Below, piece by piece: positions 20,205-39,555 of a stretch of DNA of 64,000 nucleotides. The DNA is taken from the NCBI RefSeq assembly GCF_009914755.1, contig NC_060948.1; one strand, written 5' to 3'. Position 1 is the first letter of the stretch; every line of letters starts with the position of its first letter. The translations under genes and the position numbers were made by a program. Origin of the DNA: the human T2T-CHM13v2.0 reference genome, Homo sapiens. Under the pieces are notes generated by a model. That model did not search any database. It was not told where the DNA came from and was given only the letters and a program-made list of their open reading frames with translations.

Positions 20205-22309
20205 AGATCCATATTTTTTAAATGAAAAAAAATTTCAAAGGTACTCTGCTTGGTACAAAAATCAAATGTATAAACTGAGGAATAAAACATAACCATGAAA
20301 CCTACTTATAACTGCATATGGAAAATACAGAGGATAATTTTTTAAATAACATATTTTGAAAGCCTTAACTAGTAATTTGAAGAGTTGGCATTTGAAAGGC
20401 CAGTATGAATATACCTTCAAAGCAGCAACACAGGTTCCCCATGAGAAAAAGCAAACACAGGGAAAATAAAAACACAAAGGTTCAATCTCTTCTGACCTTT
20501 GAAAGACACAGCACAGACAGTGGTCCTTAGGACGAAGAGCAGGAGACCCCTAATTCCGTCACCATGGCGATAGGGCATAAACATTGCTGGGTGAGGGCAC
20601 AATCCACATTGTGAGGTCCAACTGCTGCCAGGAAGACAGGAGTGCTTTTACATAGACCGAAAGGTCATTGAAGGCTCAGAGTTTTGTTTCAAGAACTGAA
20701 TCCCAAGCCCACACGTTATTAGGCTGCGCTTCTTAAAACAAGTTATGAGATGGGAAAAAGGGCACCCACAAACATACGTATACATTGTGTATATAATAAT
20801 ATAAAGTGTCATATATATAATATATATAACCTATGTATAATATTGTTTTACATCCTGCATCTTATGTTATATATATTGTATAAAATATAATAATTGATAA
20901 TATATAAGTTTTATAATTATACAATATGACATATAGTATATATTATAATTTATGACATATATAATATATGTTATATATCATATACAGAATATATTATACG
21001 GTTAACATACGTATTAAATATAAATTATACATTATATATATTATATATAATATATCTGTTATATATAATACCCATTATGCATAATATATATATTATGTCT
21101 ATGTTATATATAGTATAAAACAACATATAATAATATATAATTGTATATATAAAATGCGACATATAATATATATTATATTTTATAACATATGTAATATATA
21201 TTATATATTATATATAATACGTTGTATGTATAATACCTATATTAAATATATATTATATGACTATGTTATTAATTACATGTCACATGTGTTATATATTATA
21301 TATTTTACATAGAATATACCGTTTACATACAATATATACTATGTTACCTATAATGTATAATTTATTACATGTAAAATAAAGAATGCAATATATTATGTAT
21401 AATTTATAATATACAATATGTGGAATGTGATATATATAACATATAATATATGATATATGATATACAGTATATGATATATAACATACAATATATGATTCCT
21501 AATATATATGGTATACAATATATATTTTATGATATGTATTCTATATGTTTTATATTCTGTTATATATAACTATTTGAAATTATATATAACTGTATAATAT
21601 TTTATGTAAATATGTAATATAATATATATAACTATATAATATATTATATATAACTATATATTATGTTATATATACTTTTATAACATAATTTACATAAAAT
21701 ATCATAATATAATATATATTATATTATTTCATATTACATAATATATATTACATATCACCCAATATAACTAACATACATAATATTATAATATAGATTATAT
21801 TGTGTTATATTAAATATCATATATATCATGTATCATATATTCTATAATATATATTACACATTATATAATATGTATGTTGTCTATTATGTGATATATATAA
21901 CTATATATATAATTAAATTTTTATACATATAACTAGATAAACATGTAATTCTACATATTTTCATTTATAATATGTAGAATTATATAATCATATATAATTA
22001 CTTATATTCCATAAAAAATTATATCATTATATAAATTATAATATATAAAAATTATAATATGTACTACAAATATATATATTATATATCATATATGATATAG
22101 TACCTTTGTTATATATCGTAATACATATAAATGTGTATTATGTTATCTATAATTATATAATTTCATATATAAGATGTATAATATGTATCCTATATTATAT
22201 ATGTTATGTAATATATATAGTATATATAAGATGACACAGGATAAATATTATATACTATGACATATAAAATATATGAGGTTATATGTTACATAAAAGGCAT
22301 AGCACATAA

Positions 22310-22624
<315 letters not shown>

Positions 22625-24752
22625 AGATCCATATTTTTTAAATGAAAAAAAATTTCAAAGGTACTCTGCTTGGTACAATAATCAAATGTATAAACTGAGG
22701 AATAAAACATAACCATGAAACCTACTTATAACTGCATATGGAAAATACAGAGGATAATTTTTTAAATAACATATTTTGAAAGCCTTAACTAGTAATTTGA
22801 AGAGTTGGCATTTGAAAGGCCAGTATGAATATACCTTCAAAGCAGCAACACAGGTTCCCCATGAGAAAAAGCAAACACAGGGAAAATAAAAACACAAAGG
22901 TTCAATCTCTTCTGACCTTTGAAAGACACAGCACAGACAGTGGTCCTTAGGACGAAGAGCAGGAGACCCCTAATTCCGTCACCATGGCGATAGGGCATAA
23001 ACATTGCTGGGTGAGGGCACAATCCACATTGTGAGGTCCAACTGCTGCCAGGAAGACAGGAGTGCTTTTACATAGACCGAAAGGTCATTGAAGGCTCAGA
23101 GTTTTGTTTCAAGAACTGAATCCCAAGCCCACACGTTATTAGGCTGCGCTTCTTAAAACAAGTTATGAGATGGGAAAAAGGGCACCCACAAACATACGTA
23201 TACATTATGTATATAATAATATACAGTGTCATATATATAATATATATAACCTATGTATAATATTGTTTTACATCCTGCATCTTATGTTATATATATTGTA
23301 TAAAATATAATAATTGATAATATATAACTTTTATAATTATACAATATGACATATAGTATATATTATAATTTATGACATATATAATATATGTTATATATCA
23401 TATACAGAATATATTACACGGTTAATATACGTATTAAATATAAATTATACATTATATATATTATATATAATATATCTGTTATATATAATACCCATTATGC
23501 ATAATATATATATTATGTCTATGTTATATATAGTATAAAACAACATATAATAATATATAATTGTATATATAAAATGCGACATATAATATATATTATATTT
23601 TATAACATATGTAATATATATTATATATTATATATAATACGTTGTATGTATAATACCTATATTAAATATATATTATATGACTATGTTATTAATTACATGT
23701 CACATGTGTTATATATTATATATTTTACATAGAATATACCGGTTACATACAATATACACTATGTTACCTATAATGTATAAGTTATTACATGTAAAATAAA
23801 GAATGCAATATATTATGTATAATTTATAATATACAATATGTGGAATGTGATATATATAACATATAATATATGATATATGATATACAGTATATGATATATA
23901 ACATACAATATATGATTCCTAATATATATGGTATACAATATATATTTTATGATATGTATTCTATATGTTTTATATTCTGTTATATATAACTATTTGAAAT
24001 TATATGTAACTGTATAATATTTTATGTAAATATGTAATATAATATATATAACTATATAATATATTATATATAACTATATATTATGTTATATATACTTTTA
24101 TAACATAATTTACATAAAATATCATAACATAATATATAGTATATTATTTCATATTACATAATATATATTACATATCACCCAATATAACTAACATACATAA
24201 TATTATAATATAGATTATATTGTGTTATATTAAATATCATATATATGATGTATCATATATTCTATAATATATATTACACATTATATAATATGTATGTTGT
24301 CTATTATGTGATATATATAACTCTATATATAATTATATTTTTATACATATAACTAGATAAACATGTAATTCTACATATTTTCATTTATAATATGTAGAAT
24401 TATATAATCATATATAATTATTTATATTCTATAAAAAATTTTATCATTATATAAATTATAATATATAAAAATTATAATATGTACTACAAATATATATATT
24501 ATATATCATATATGATATAGTACCTTTGTTATATATCATAATACATATAAATGTGTATTATGTTATGTATAATTATATAATTTCATATATAAGATGTATA
24601 ATATGTATCATATATTATATATGTTATGTAATATATATAGTATATATAAGATGACACAGGATAAATATTATATACTATGACATATAAAATATATGAGCTT
24701 ATATTTTACATATAAGGCATAGCACATAACATGTAATATATATCATATATAA

Positions 24753-25044
24753 TTTTTTTTTAGACAGAATCTTGTCCTGTTGCACAGGGTGGGGTACAAT
24801 GGCGCCATCTTTGCTCACTGCAACTTCTGCCTCACGGGTCCAAGCGATGGTCCTCCCTCAGCCTCCCAGGTAGCTGGGACTACACCACACTAGGACTACA
24901 CCAGCTGCCACCATGCCTAGCTAATTTTTTGGATTTTTAGTAGTGACAGCGTTTCACTGTATTGGCCAGGATGGTCTTGATCTCTTCACCTTGTGATCCC
25001 CTTGCCTTGGCCTCCAAATTTGCTGGGATTACAGGCCTGAGCCA
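24753..25044 (-). mobile_element. Alu copy (unit 11)
   Basis: Near-identical to the unit 1 Alu. Confidence 0.93.
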
Positions 25045-27149
25045 AGATCCATATTTTTTAAATGAAAAAAAATTTCAAAGGTACTCTGCTTGGTACAATA
25101 ATCAAATGTATAAACTGAGGAATAAAACATACCCATGAAACCTACTTATAACTGCATATGGAAAATACAGAGGATAATTTTTTAAATAACATATTTTGAA
25201 AGCCTTAACTAGTAATTTGAAGAGTTGGCATTTGAAAGGTCAGTATGAATATACCTTCAATGCAGCAACACAGGTTCCCCATGAGAAAAAGCAAACACAG
25301 GGAAAATAAAAACACAAAGGTTCAATCTCTTCTGACCTTTGAAAGACACAGCACAGACAGTGGTCCTTAGGACGAAGAGCAGGAGACCCCTAATTCCGTC
25401 ACCATGGCGATAGTGCATAAACATTGCTGGGTGAGGGCACAATCCACATTGTGAGGTCCAACTGCTGCCAGGAAGACAGGAGTGCTTTTACATAGACCGA
25501 AAGGTCATTGAAGGCTCAGAGTTTTGTTTCAAGAACTGAATCCCAAGCCCACACGTTATTAGGCTGCGCTTCTTAAAACAAGTTATGAGATGGGAAAAAG
25601 GGCACCCACAAACATACCTATACATTATGTATATAATAATATAGAGTGTCATATATATAATATATATAACCTATGTATAATATTGTTTTACATCCTGCAT
25701 CTTATGTTATATATATTGTATAAAATATAATAATTGATAATATATAAGTTTTATAATTATACAATATGACATATAGTATATATTTTAATTTATGACATAT
25801 TTAATATATGTTATATATCATATACAGAATATATTATACGGTTAATATACGTATTAAATATAAATTATACATTATATATATTATATATAATATATCTGTT
25901 ATATATAATACCCATTATGTATAATATATATATTATGTCTATGTTATATATAGTAAAAAACAACATATAATAATATATAATTGTATATATAAAATGCGAC
26001 ATATAATATATATTATATTTTATAACATATGTAATATATATTATATATTATATATAATACGTTGTATGTATAATACCTATATTAAATATATATTATATGA
26101 CTATGTTATTAATTACATGTCACATGTGTTATATATTATATATTTTACATAGAATATACCGGTTACATACAATATATACTATGTTACCTATAATGTATAA
26201 TTTATTACATGTAAAATAAAGAATGCAATATATTATGTATAATTTATAATACACAATATGTGGAATGTGATATATATAACATATAATATATGATATATGA
26301 TATACAGTATATGATATATAACATACAATATATGATTCCTAATATATATGGTATACAATATATATTTTATGATATGTATTCTATATGTTTTATATTCTGT
26401 TATATATAACTATTTGAAATTATATATAACTGTATAATATTTTATGTAAATATGTAATATAATATATATAACTATATAATATACTATATATAACTATATA
26501 TTATGTTATATATACTTTTATAACATAATTTACATAAAATATCATAATATAATATATATTATATTATTTCATATTACATAATATATATTACATATCACCC
26601 AATATAACTAACATACATAATATTATAATATAGATTATATTGTGTTATATTAAATATCATATATATCATGTATCATATATTCTATAATATATATTACTCA
26701 TTATATAATATGTATGTTGTCTATTATGTGATATATATAACTATATATATAATTATATTTTTATACATATAACTAGATAAACATGTAATTCTACATATTT
26801 TCATTTATAATATGTAGAATTATATAATCATATATAATTATTTATATTCTATAAAAAATTTTATCATTATATAAATTATAATATATAAAAATTATAATAT
26901 GTACTACAAATATATATATTATATATCATATATGATATAGTACCCTTGTTATATATCATAATACATATAAATGTGTATTATGTTATCTATAATTATATAA
27001 TTTCATATATAAGATATATAATATGTATCATATATTATATATGTTATGTAATATATATAGTATATATAAGATGACACAGGATAAATATTATATACTATGA
27101 CATATAAAATATATGAGGTTATATGTTACATATAAGGCATAGCACATAA

Positions 27150-27464
<315 letters not shown>

Positions 27465-29568
27465 AGATCCATATTTTTTAAATGAAAAAAAATTTCAAAG
27501 GTACTCTGCTTGGTACAATAATCAAATGTATAAACTGAGGAATAAAACATAACCATGAAACCTACTTATAACTGCATATGGAAAATACAGAGGATAATTT
27601 TTTAAATAACATATTTTGAAAGCCTTAACTAGTAATTTGAAGAGTTGGCATTTGAAAGGCCAGTATGAATATACCTTCAATGCAGCAACACAGGTACCCC
27701 ATGAGAAAAAGCAAACACAGGGAAAATAAAAACACAAAGGTTCAATCTCTTCTGACCTTTGAAAGACACAGCACAGACAGTGGTCCTTAGGACGAAGAGC
27801 AGGAGACCCCTAATTCCGTCACCATGGCGATAGTGCATAAACATTGCTGGGTGAGGGCACAATCCACATTGTGAGGTCCAACTGCTGCCAGGAAGACAGG
27901 AGTGCTTTTACATAGACCGAAAGGTCATTGAAGGCTCAGAGTTTTGTTTCAAGAACTGAATACCAAGCCCACACGTTATTAGGCTGCGCTTCTTAAAACA
28001 AGTTATGAGATGGGAAAAAGGGCACCCACAAACATACGTATACATTATGTATATAATAATATACAGTGTCATATATATAATATATATAACCTATGTATAA
28101 TATTGTTTTACATCCTGCATCTTATGTTATATATATTGTATAAAATATAATAATTGATAATATATAACTTTTATCATTATGCAATATGATATATAGTATA
28201 TATTATAATTTATGACATATATAATATATGTTATATATCATATACAGAATATATTATACGGTTAATATACGTATTAAATATAAATTATACATTATATATA
28301 TTATATATAATATATCTGTTATATATAATACCCATTATGCATAATATATATATTATGTCTATGTTATATATAGTATAAAACAACATATAATAATATATAA
28401 TTGTATATATAAATGCGACATATAATATATATTATATTTTATAACATATGTAATATATATTATATATTATATATAATACGTTGTATGTATAATACCTATA
28501 TTAAATATATATTATATGACTATGTTATTAATTACATGTCACATGTGTTATATATTATATATTTTACATAGAATATACCGGTTACATACAATATATACCA
28601 TGTTACCTATAATGTATAATTTATTACATGTAAAATAAAGAATGCAATATATTATGTATAATTTATAATATACAATATGTGGAATGTGATATATATAACA
28701 TATAATATATGATATATGATATACAGTATATGATATATAACATACAATATATGATTCCTAATATATATGGTATACAATATATATTTTATGATATGTATTC
28801 TATATGTTTTATATTCTGTTATATATAACTATTTGAAATTATATATAACTGTATAATATTTTATGTAAATATGTAATATAATATATATAACTATATAATA
28901 TATTATATATAACTATATATTATGTTATATATACTTTTATAACATAATTTACATAAGATATCATAATATAATATATATTATATTATTTCATATTACATAA
29001 TATATATTACATATCACCCAATATAACTAACATACATAATATTATAATATAGATTATATTATGTTATATTAAATATCATATATATCATGTATCATATATT
29101 CTATAATATATATTACACATTATATAATATGTATGTTGTCTATTATGTGATATATATAACTATATATATAATTATATTTTTATACATATAACTAGATAAA
29201 CATGTAATTCTACATATTTTCATTTATAATATGTAGAAGTATATAATCATATATAATTATTTATATTCTATAAAAAATTTTATCATTATATAAATTATAA
29301 TATATAAAAATTATAATATGTACTACAAATATATATATTATATATCATATATGATATAGTACCTTTGTTATATATCATAATACATATAAATGTGTATTAT
29401 GTTATCTATAATTATATAATTTCATATATAAGATGTATAATATGTATCATATATTATATATGTTATGTAATATATATAGTATATATAAGATGACACAGGA
29501 TAAATATTATATACTATGACATATAAAATATATGAGGTTATATGTTACATATAAGGCATAGCACATAA

Positions 29569-29883
<315 letters not shown>

Positions 29884-32004
29884 AGATCCATATTTTTTAA
29901 ATGAAAAAAAATTTCAAAGGTACTCTGCTTGGTACAATAATCAAATGTATAAACTGAGGAATAAAACATAACCATGAAACCTACTTATAACTGCATATGG
30001 AAAATACAGAGGATAATTTTTTAAATAACATATTTTGAAAGCCTTAACTAGTAATTTGAAGAGCTGGCATTTGAAAGGCCAGTATGAATATACCTTCAAA
30101 GCAGCAACACAGGTTCCCCATGAGAAAAAGCAAACACAGGGAAAATAAAAACACAAAGGTTCAATCTCTTCTGACCTATGAAAGACACAGCACAGACAGT
30201 GGTCCTTAGGACGAAGAGCAGGAGACCCCTAATTCCGTCACCATGGCGATAGGGCATAAACATTGCTGGGTGAGGGCACAATCCACATTGTGAGGTCCAA
30301 CTGCTGCCAGGAAGACAGGAGTGCTTTTACATAGACCGAAAGGTCATTGAAGGCTCAGAGTTTTGTTTCAAGAACTGAATCCCAAGCCCACACGTTATTA
30401 GGCTGCGCTTCTTAAAACAAGTTATGAGATGGGAAAAAGGGCACCCACAAACATACGTATACATTATGTATATAATAATATAGAGTGTCATATATATAAT
30501 ATATATAACCTATGTATAATACTGTTTTACATCCTGCATCTTATGTTATATATATTGTATAAAATATAATAATTGATAATATATAAGTTTTATAATTATA
30601 CAATATGACATATAGTATATATTATAATTTATGACATATATAATATATGTTATATATCATATACAGAATATATTATACGGTTAATATACGTATTAAATAT
30701 AAATTATACATTATATATATTATATATAATATATCTGTTATATATAATACCCATTATGCATAATATATATATTATGTCTATGTTATATATAGTATAAAAC
30801 AACATATAATAATATATAATTGTATATATAAAATGCGACATATAATATATATTATATTTTATAACATATGTAATATATATTATATATAATACGTTGTATG
30901 TATAATACCTATATTAAATATATATTATATGACTATGTTATTAATTACATGTCACATGTGTTATATATTATATATTTTACATAGAATATACCGGTTACAT
31001 ACAATATATACTATGTTACCTATAATGTATAATTTATTACATGTAAAATAAAGAATGCAATATATTATGTATAATTTATAATATACAATATGTGGAATGT
31101 GATATATATAACATATAATATATGATATATGATATACAGTATATGATATATAACATACAATATATGATTCCTAATATATATGGTATACAATATATATTTT
31201 ATGATATGTATTCTACATGTTTTATATTCTGTTATATATAACTATTTCAAATTATATATAACCGTATAATATTTTATGTAAATATGTAATATAATATATA
31301 TAACTATATAATATATTATATATAACTATATATTATGTTATATATACTTTTATAACATAATTTACATAAAATATCATAATATAATATATATTATATTATT
31401 TCATATTACATAATATATATTACATATCACCCAATATAACTAACATACATAATATTATAATATAGATTATATTGTGTTATATTAAATATCATATATATCA
31501 TGTATCATATATTCTATAATATATATTACACATTATATAATATGTATGTTGTCTATTATGTGATATATATAACTCTATATATAATTATATTTTTATACAT
31601 ATAACTAGATAAACATGTAATTCTACATATTTTCATTTATAATATGTAGAATTATATAATCATATATAATTATTTATATTCTATAAAAAATTTTATCATT
31701 ATATAAATTATAATATATAAAAATTATAATATGTACTACAAATATATATATTATATATCATATATGATATAGTACCTTTGTTATATATCATAATACATAT
31801 AAATGTGTATTATGTTATCTATAATTATATAATTTCATATATAAGATGTATAATATGTATCATATATTATATATGTTATGTAATATATACAGTATATATA
31901 AGATGACACAGGATAAATATTATATACTATGACATATAAAATATATGAGGTTATATGTTACATATAAGGCATAGCACATAACATGTAATATATATCATAT
32001 ATAA

Positions 32005-32296
32005 TTTTTTTTTAGACAGAATCTTGTCCTGTTGCACAGGGTGGGGTACAATGACGCCATCTTTGCTCACTGCAACTTCTGCCTCACGGGTCCAAGCGAT
32101 TGTCCTCCCTCAGCCTCCCAGGTAGCTGTGACTACACCACACTGGGACTACACCAGCTGCCACCATGCCTAGCTAATTTTTTGGATTTTTAGTAGTGACA
32201 GCCTTTCACTGCATTGGCCAGGATGGTCTTGATCTCTTCACCTTGTGATCCCCTTGCCTTGGCCTCCAAATTTGCTGGGATTACAGGCCTGAGCCA
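32005..32296 (-). mobile_element. Alu copy (unit 14)
   Basis: Near-identical to the unit 1 Alu. Confidence 0.93.
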
Positions 32297-34399
32297 AGAT
32301 CCATATTTTTTAAATGAAAAAAAATTTCAAAGGTACTCTGCTTGGTACAATAATCAAATGTATAAACTGAGGAATAAAACATAACCATGAAACCTACTTA
32401 TAACTGCATATGGAAAATACAGAGGATAATTTTTTAAATAACATATTTTGAAAGCCTTAACTAGTAATTTGAAGAGTTGGCATTTGAAAGGCCAGTATGA
32501 ATATACCTACAAAGCAGCAACACAGGTTCCCCATGAGAAAAAGCAAACACAGGGAAAATAAAAACACAAAGGTTCAATCTCTTCTGACCTTTGAAAGACA
32601 CAGCACAGACAGTGGTCCTTAGGACGAAGAGCAGGAGACCCCTAATTCCGTCACCATGGCGATAGGGCATAAACATTGCTGGGTGAGGGCACAATCCACA
32701 TTGTGAGGTCCAACTGCTGCCAGGAAGACAGGAGTGCTTTTACATAGACCGAAAGGTCATTGAAGGCTCAGAGTTTTGTTTCAAGAACTGAATCCCAAGC
32801 CCACACGTTATTAGGCTGCGCTTCTTAAAACAAGTTATGAGATGGGAAAAAGGGCACCCACAAACATACGTATACATTATGTATATAATAATATACAGTA
32901 TCATATATATAATATATATAACCTATGTATAATACTGTTTTACATCCTGCATCTTATGTTATATACATTGTATAAAATATAATAATTGATAATATATAAG
33001 TTTTATAATTATACAATATGACATATAGTATATATTATAATTTATGACATATATAATATATGTTATATATCATATATAGAATATATTACACGGTTAATAT
33101 ACGTATTAAATATAAATTATACATTATATATATTATATATAATATATCTGTTATATATAATACCCATTATGCATAATATATATATTATGTCTATGTTATA
33201 TATAGTATAAAACAACATATAATAATATATAATTGTATATATAAAATGCGACATATAATATATATTATATTTTATAATATGTAATATATATTATATATTA
33301 TATATAATACGTTGTATGTATAATACCTATATTAAATATATATTATATGACTATGTTATTAATTACATGTCACATGTGTTATATATTATATATTTTACAT
33401 AGAATATACCGGTTACATACAATATATACTATGTTACCTATAATGTATAATTTATTACATGTAAAATAAAGAATGCAATATATTATGTATAATTTATAAT
33501 ATACAATATGTGGAATGTGATATATATAACATATAATATATGATATATGATATACAGTATATGATATATAACATACAATATATGATTCCTAATATATATG
33601 GTATACAATATATATTTTATGATATGTATTCTATATGTTTTATATTCTGTTATATATAACTATTTGAAATTATATATAACTGTATAATATTTTATGTAAA
33701 TATGTAATATAATATATATAACTATATAATATATTATATATAACTATATATTATGTTATATATACTTTTATAACATAATTTACATAAAATATCATAATAT
33801 AATATATATTATATTATTTCATATTACATAATATATATTACATATCACCCAATATAACTAACATACATAATATTATAATATAGATTATATTATGTTATAT
33901 TAAATATCATATATATCATGTATCATATATTCTATAATATATATTACACATTATATAATATGTATGTTGTCTATTATGTGATATATATAACTATATATAT
34001 AATTATATTTTTATACATATAACTAGATAAACATGTAATTCTACATATTTTCATTTATAATATGTAGAATTATATAATCATATATAATTATTTATATTCT
34101 ATAAAAAATTTTATCATTAGATAAATTATAATATATAAAAATTATAATATGTACTACAAATATATATATTATATATCATATATGATATAGTACCTTTGTT
34201 ATATATCATAATACCTATAAATGTGTATTATGTTATCTATAATTATATAATTTCATATATAAGATGTATGATATGTATCATATATTATATATGTTATGTA
34301 ATATATATAGTATATATAAGCTGACACAGGATAAATATTATATACTATGACATATAAAATATATGAGTTTATATGTTACATATAAGGCATAGCACATAA

Positions 34400-34714
<315 letters not shown>

Positions 34715-36819
34715 AGATCCATATTTTTTAAATGAAAAAAAATTTCAAAGGTACTCTGCTTGGTACAATAATCAAATGTATAAACTGAGGAATAAAACAT
34801 AACCATGAAACCTACTTATAACTGCATATGGAAAATACAGAGGATAATTTTTTAAATAACATATTTTGAAAGCCTTAACTAGTAATTTGAAGAGTTGGCA
34901 TTTGAAAGGCCAGTATGAATATACCTTCAAAGCAGCAACACAGGTTCCCCATGAGAAAAAGCAAACACAGGGGAAATAAAAACACAAAGGTTCAATCTCT
35001 TCTGACCTTTGAAAGACACAGCACAGACAGTGGTCCTTAGGACGAAGAGCAGGAGACCCCTAATTCCATCACCATGGCGATAGGGCATAAACATTGCTGG
35101 GTGAGGGCACAATCCACATTGTGAGGTCCAACTGCTGCCAGGAAGACAGGAGTGCTTTTACATAGACCGAAAGGTCATTGAAGGCTCAGAGTTTTGTTTC
35201 AAGAACTGAATCCCAAGCCCACACGTTATTAGGCTGCGCTTCTTAAAACAAGTTATGAGATGGGAAAAAGGGCACCCACAAACATACGTATACATTATGT
35301 ATATAATAATATACAGTATCATATATATAATATATATAACCTATGTATAATATTGTTTTACATCCTGCATCTTATGTTATATATATTGTATAAAATATAA
35401 TAATTGATAATATATAAGTTTTATAATTATACAATATGACATATAGTATATATTATAATTTATGACATATATAATATATGTTATATGTCATATATAGAAT
35501 ATATTATACGGTTAATATACGTATTAAATATAAATTATACATTATATATACTATATATAACATATCTGTTATATATAATACCCATTATGCATAATATATA
35601 TATTATGTCTATGTTATATATAGTATAAAACAACATATAATAATATATAATTGTATATATAAAATGCGACATATAATATATATTATATTTTATAACATAT
35701 GTAATATATATTATATATTATATATAATACGTTGTATGTATAATACCTATATTAAATATATATTATATGACTATGTTATTAATTACATGTCACATGTGTT
35801 ATATATTATATATTTTACATAGAATATACCGGTTACATACAATATATACTATGTTACCTATAATGTATAATTTATTACATGTAAAATAAAGAATGCAATA
35901 TATTATGTATAATTTATAATATACAATATGTGGAATGTGATATATATAACATATAATATATGATATATGATATACAGTATATGATATATAACATACAATA
36001 TATGATTCCTAATATATATGGTATACAATATATATTTTATGATATGTATTCTATATGTTTTATATTCTGTTATATATAACTATTTGAAATTATATATAAC
36101 TGTATAATATTTTATGTAAATATGTAATATAATATATATAACTATATAATATATTATATATAACTATATATTATGTTATATATACTTTTATAACATAATA
36201 TACATAAAATATCATAATATAATATATATTATATTATTTCATAATACATAATATATATTACATATCACCCAATATAACTAACATACATAATATTATAATA
36301 TAGATTATATTATGTTATATTAAATATCATATATATCATGTATCATATATTCTATAATATATATTACACATTATATAATATGTATGTTGTCTATTATGTG
36401 ATATATATAACTATATATATAATTATATTTTTATACATATAACTAGATAAACATGTAATTCTACATATTTTCATTTATAATATGTAGAATTATATAATCA
36501 TATATAATTATTTATATTCTATAAAAAATTTTATCATTATATAAATTATAATATATAAAAATTATAATATGTACTACAAATATATATATTATATATCATA
36601 TATGATATAGTACCTTTGTTATATATCATAATACATATAAATGTGTATTATGTTATCTATAATTATATAATTTAATATATAAGATGTATGATATGTATCA
36701 TATATTATATATGTTATGTAATATATATAGTATATATAAGCTGACACAGGATAAATATTATATACTATGACATATAAAATATATGAGGTTATATGTTACA
36801 TATAAGGCATAGCACATAA

Positions 36820-37134
<315 letters not shown>

Positions 37135-39246
37135 AGATCCATATTTTTTAAATGAAAAAAAATTTCAAAAGTACTCTGCTTGGTACAATAATCAAATGTA
37201 TAAACTGAGGAATAAAACATAACCATGAAACCTACTTATAACTGCATATGGAAAATACAGAGGATAATTTTTTAAATAACATATTTTGAAAGCCTTAACT
37301 AGTAATTTGAAGAGTTGGCATTTGAAAGGCCAGTATGAATATACCTTCAAAGCAGCAACACAGGTTCCCCATGAGAAAAAGCAAACACAGGGAAAATAAA
37401 AACACAAAGGTTCAATCTCTTCTGACCTTTGAAAGACACAGCACAGACAGTGGTCCTTAGGACGAAGAGCAGGAGACCCCTAATTCCGTCACCATGGCGA
37501 TAGGGCATAAACATTGCTGGGTGAGGGCACAATCCACATTGTGAGGTCCAACTGCTGCCAGGAAGACAGGAGTGCTTTTACATAGACCGAAAGGTCATTG
37601 AAGGCTCAGAGTTTTGTTTCAAGAACTGAATCCCAAGCCCACACGTTATTAGGCTGCGCTTCTTAAAACAAGTTATGAGATGGGAAAAAGGGCACCCACA
37701 AACATACGTATACATTATGTATATAATAATATACAGTATCATATATATAATATATATAACCTATGTATAATATTGTTTTACATCCTGCATCTTATGTTAT
37801 ATATATTGTATAAAATATAATAATTGATAATATATAAGTTTTATAATTATACAATATGACATGTAGTATATATTATAATTTATGACATATATAATATATG
37901 TTATATGTCATATATAGAATATATTATAGGGTTAATATACGTATTAAATATAAATTATACATTATATATACTATATATAACATATCTGTTATATATAATA
38001 CCCAATATGCATAATATATATATTATGTCTATGTTATATATAGTATAAAACAACATATAATAATATATAATTGTATATATAAAATGCGACATATAATATA
38101 TATTATATTTTATAACATATGTAATATATATTATATATTATATATAATACGTTGTATGTATAATACCTATATTAAATATATATTATATGACTATGTTATT
38201 AATTACATGTCACATGTGTTATATATTATATATTTTACATAGAATATACCGGTTACATACAATATATACTATGTTACCTATAATGTATAATTTATTACAT
38301 GTAAAATAAAGAATGCAATATATTATGTATAATTTATAATATACAATATGTGGAATGTGATATATATAACATATAATATATGATATATGATATACAGTAT
38401 ATGATATATAACATACAATATATGATTCCTAATATATATGGTATACAATATATATTTTATGATATGTATTCTATATGTTTTATATTCTGTTATATATAAC
38501 TATTTGAAATTATATATAACTGTATAATATTTTATGTAAATATGTAATATAATATATATAACTATATAATATATTATATATAACTATATATTATGTTATA
38601 TATACTTTTATAACATAATTTACATAAAATATCATAATATAATATATATTATATTATTTCATATTACATAATATATATTACATATCACCCAATATAACTA
38701 ACATACATAATATTATAATATAGATTATATTATGTTATATTAAATATCATATATATCATGTATCATATATTCTATAATATATATTACACATTATATAATA
38801 TGTATGTTGTCTATTATGTGATATATATAACTATATATATAATTATATTTTTATACATATAACTAGATAAACATGTAATTCTACATATTTTCATTTATAA
38901 TATGTAGAATTATATAATCATATATAATTATTTATATTCTATAAAAAATTTTATCATTATATAAATTATAATATATAAAAATTATAATATGTACTACAAA
39001 TATATATATTATATATCATATATGATATAGTACCTTTGTTATATATCATAATACATATAAATGTGTATTATGTTATCTATAATTATATAATTTCATATAT
39101 AAGATGTATAATATGTATCATATATTATATATGTTATGTAATATATATAGTATATATAAGATGACACAGGATAAATATTATATACTATGACATATAAAAT
39201 ATATGAGGTTATATGTTACATATAAGGCATAGCACATAACATGTAA

Positions 39247-39555
<309 letters not shown>
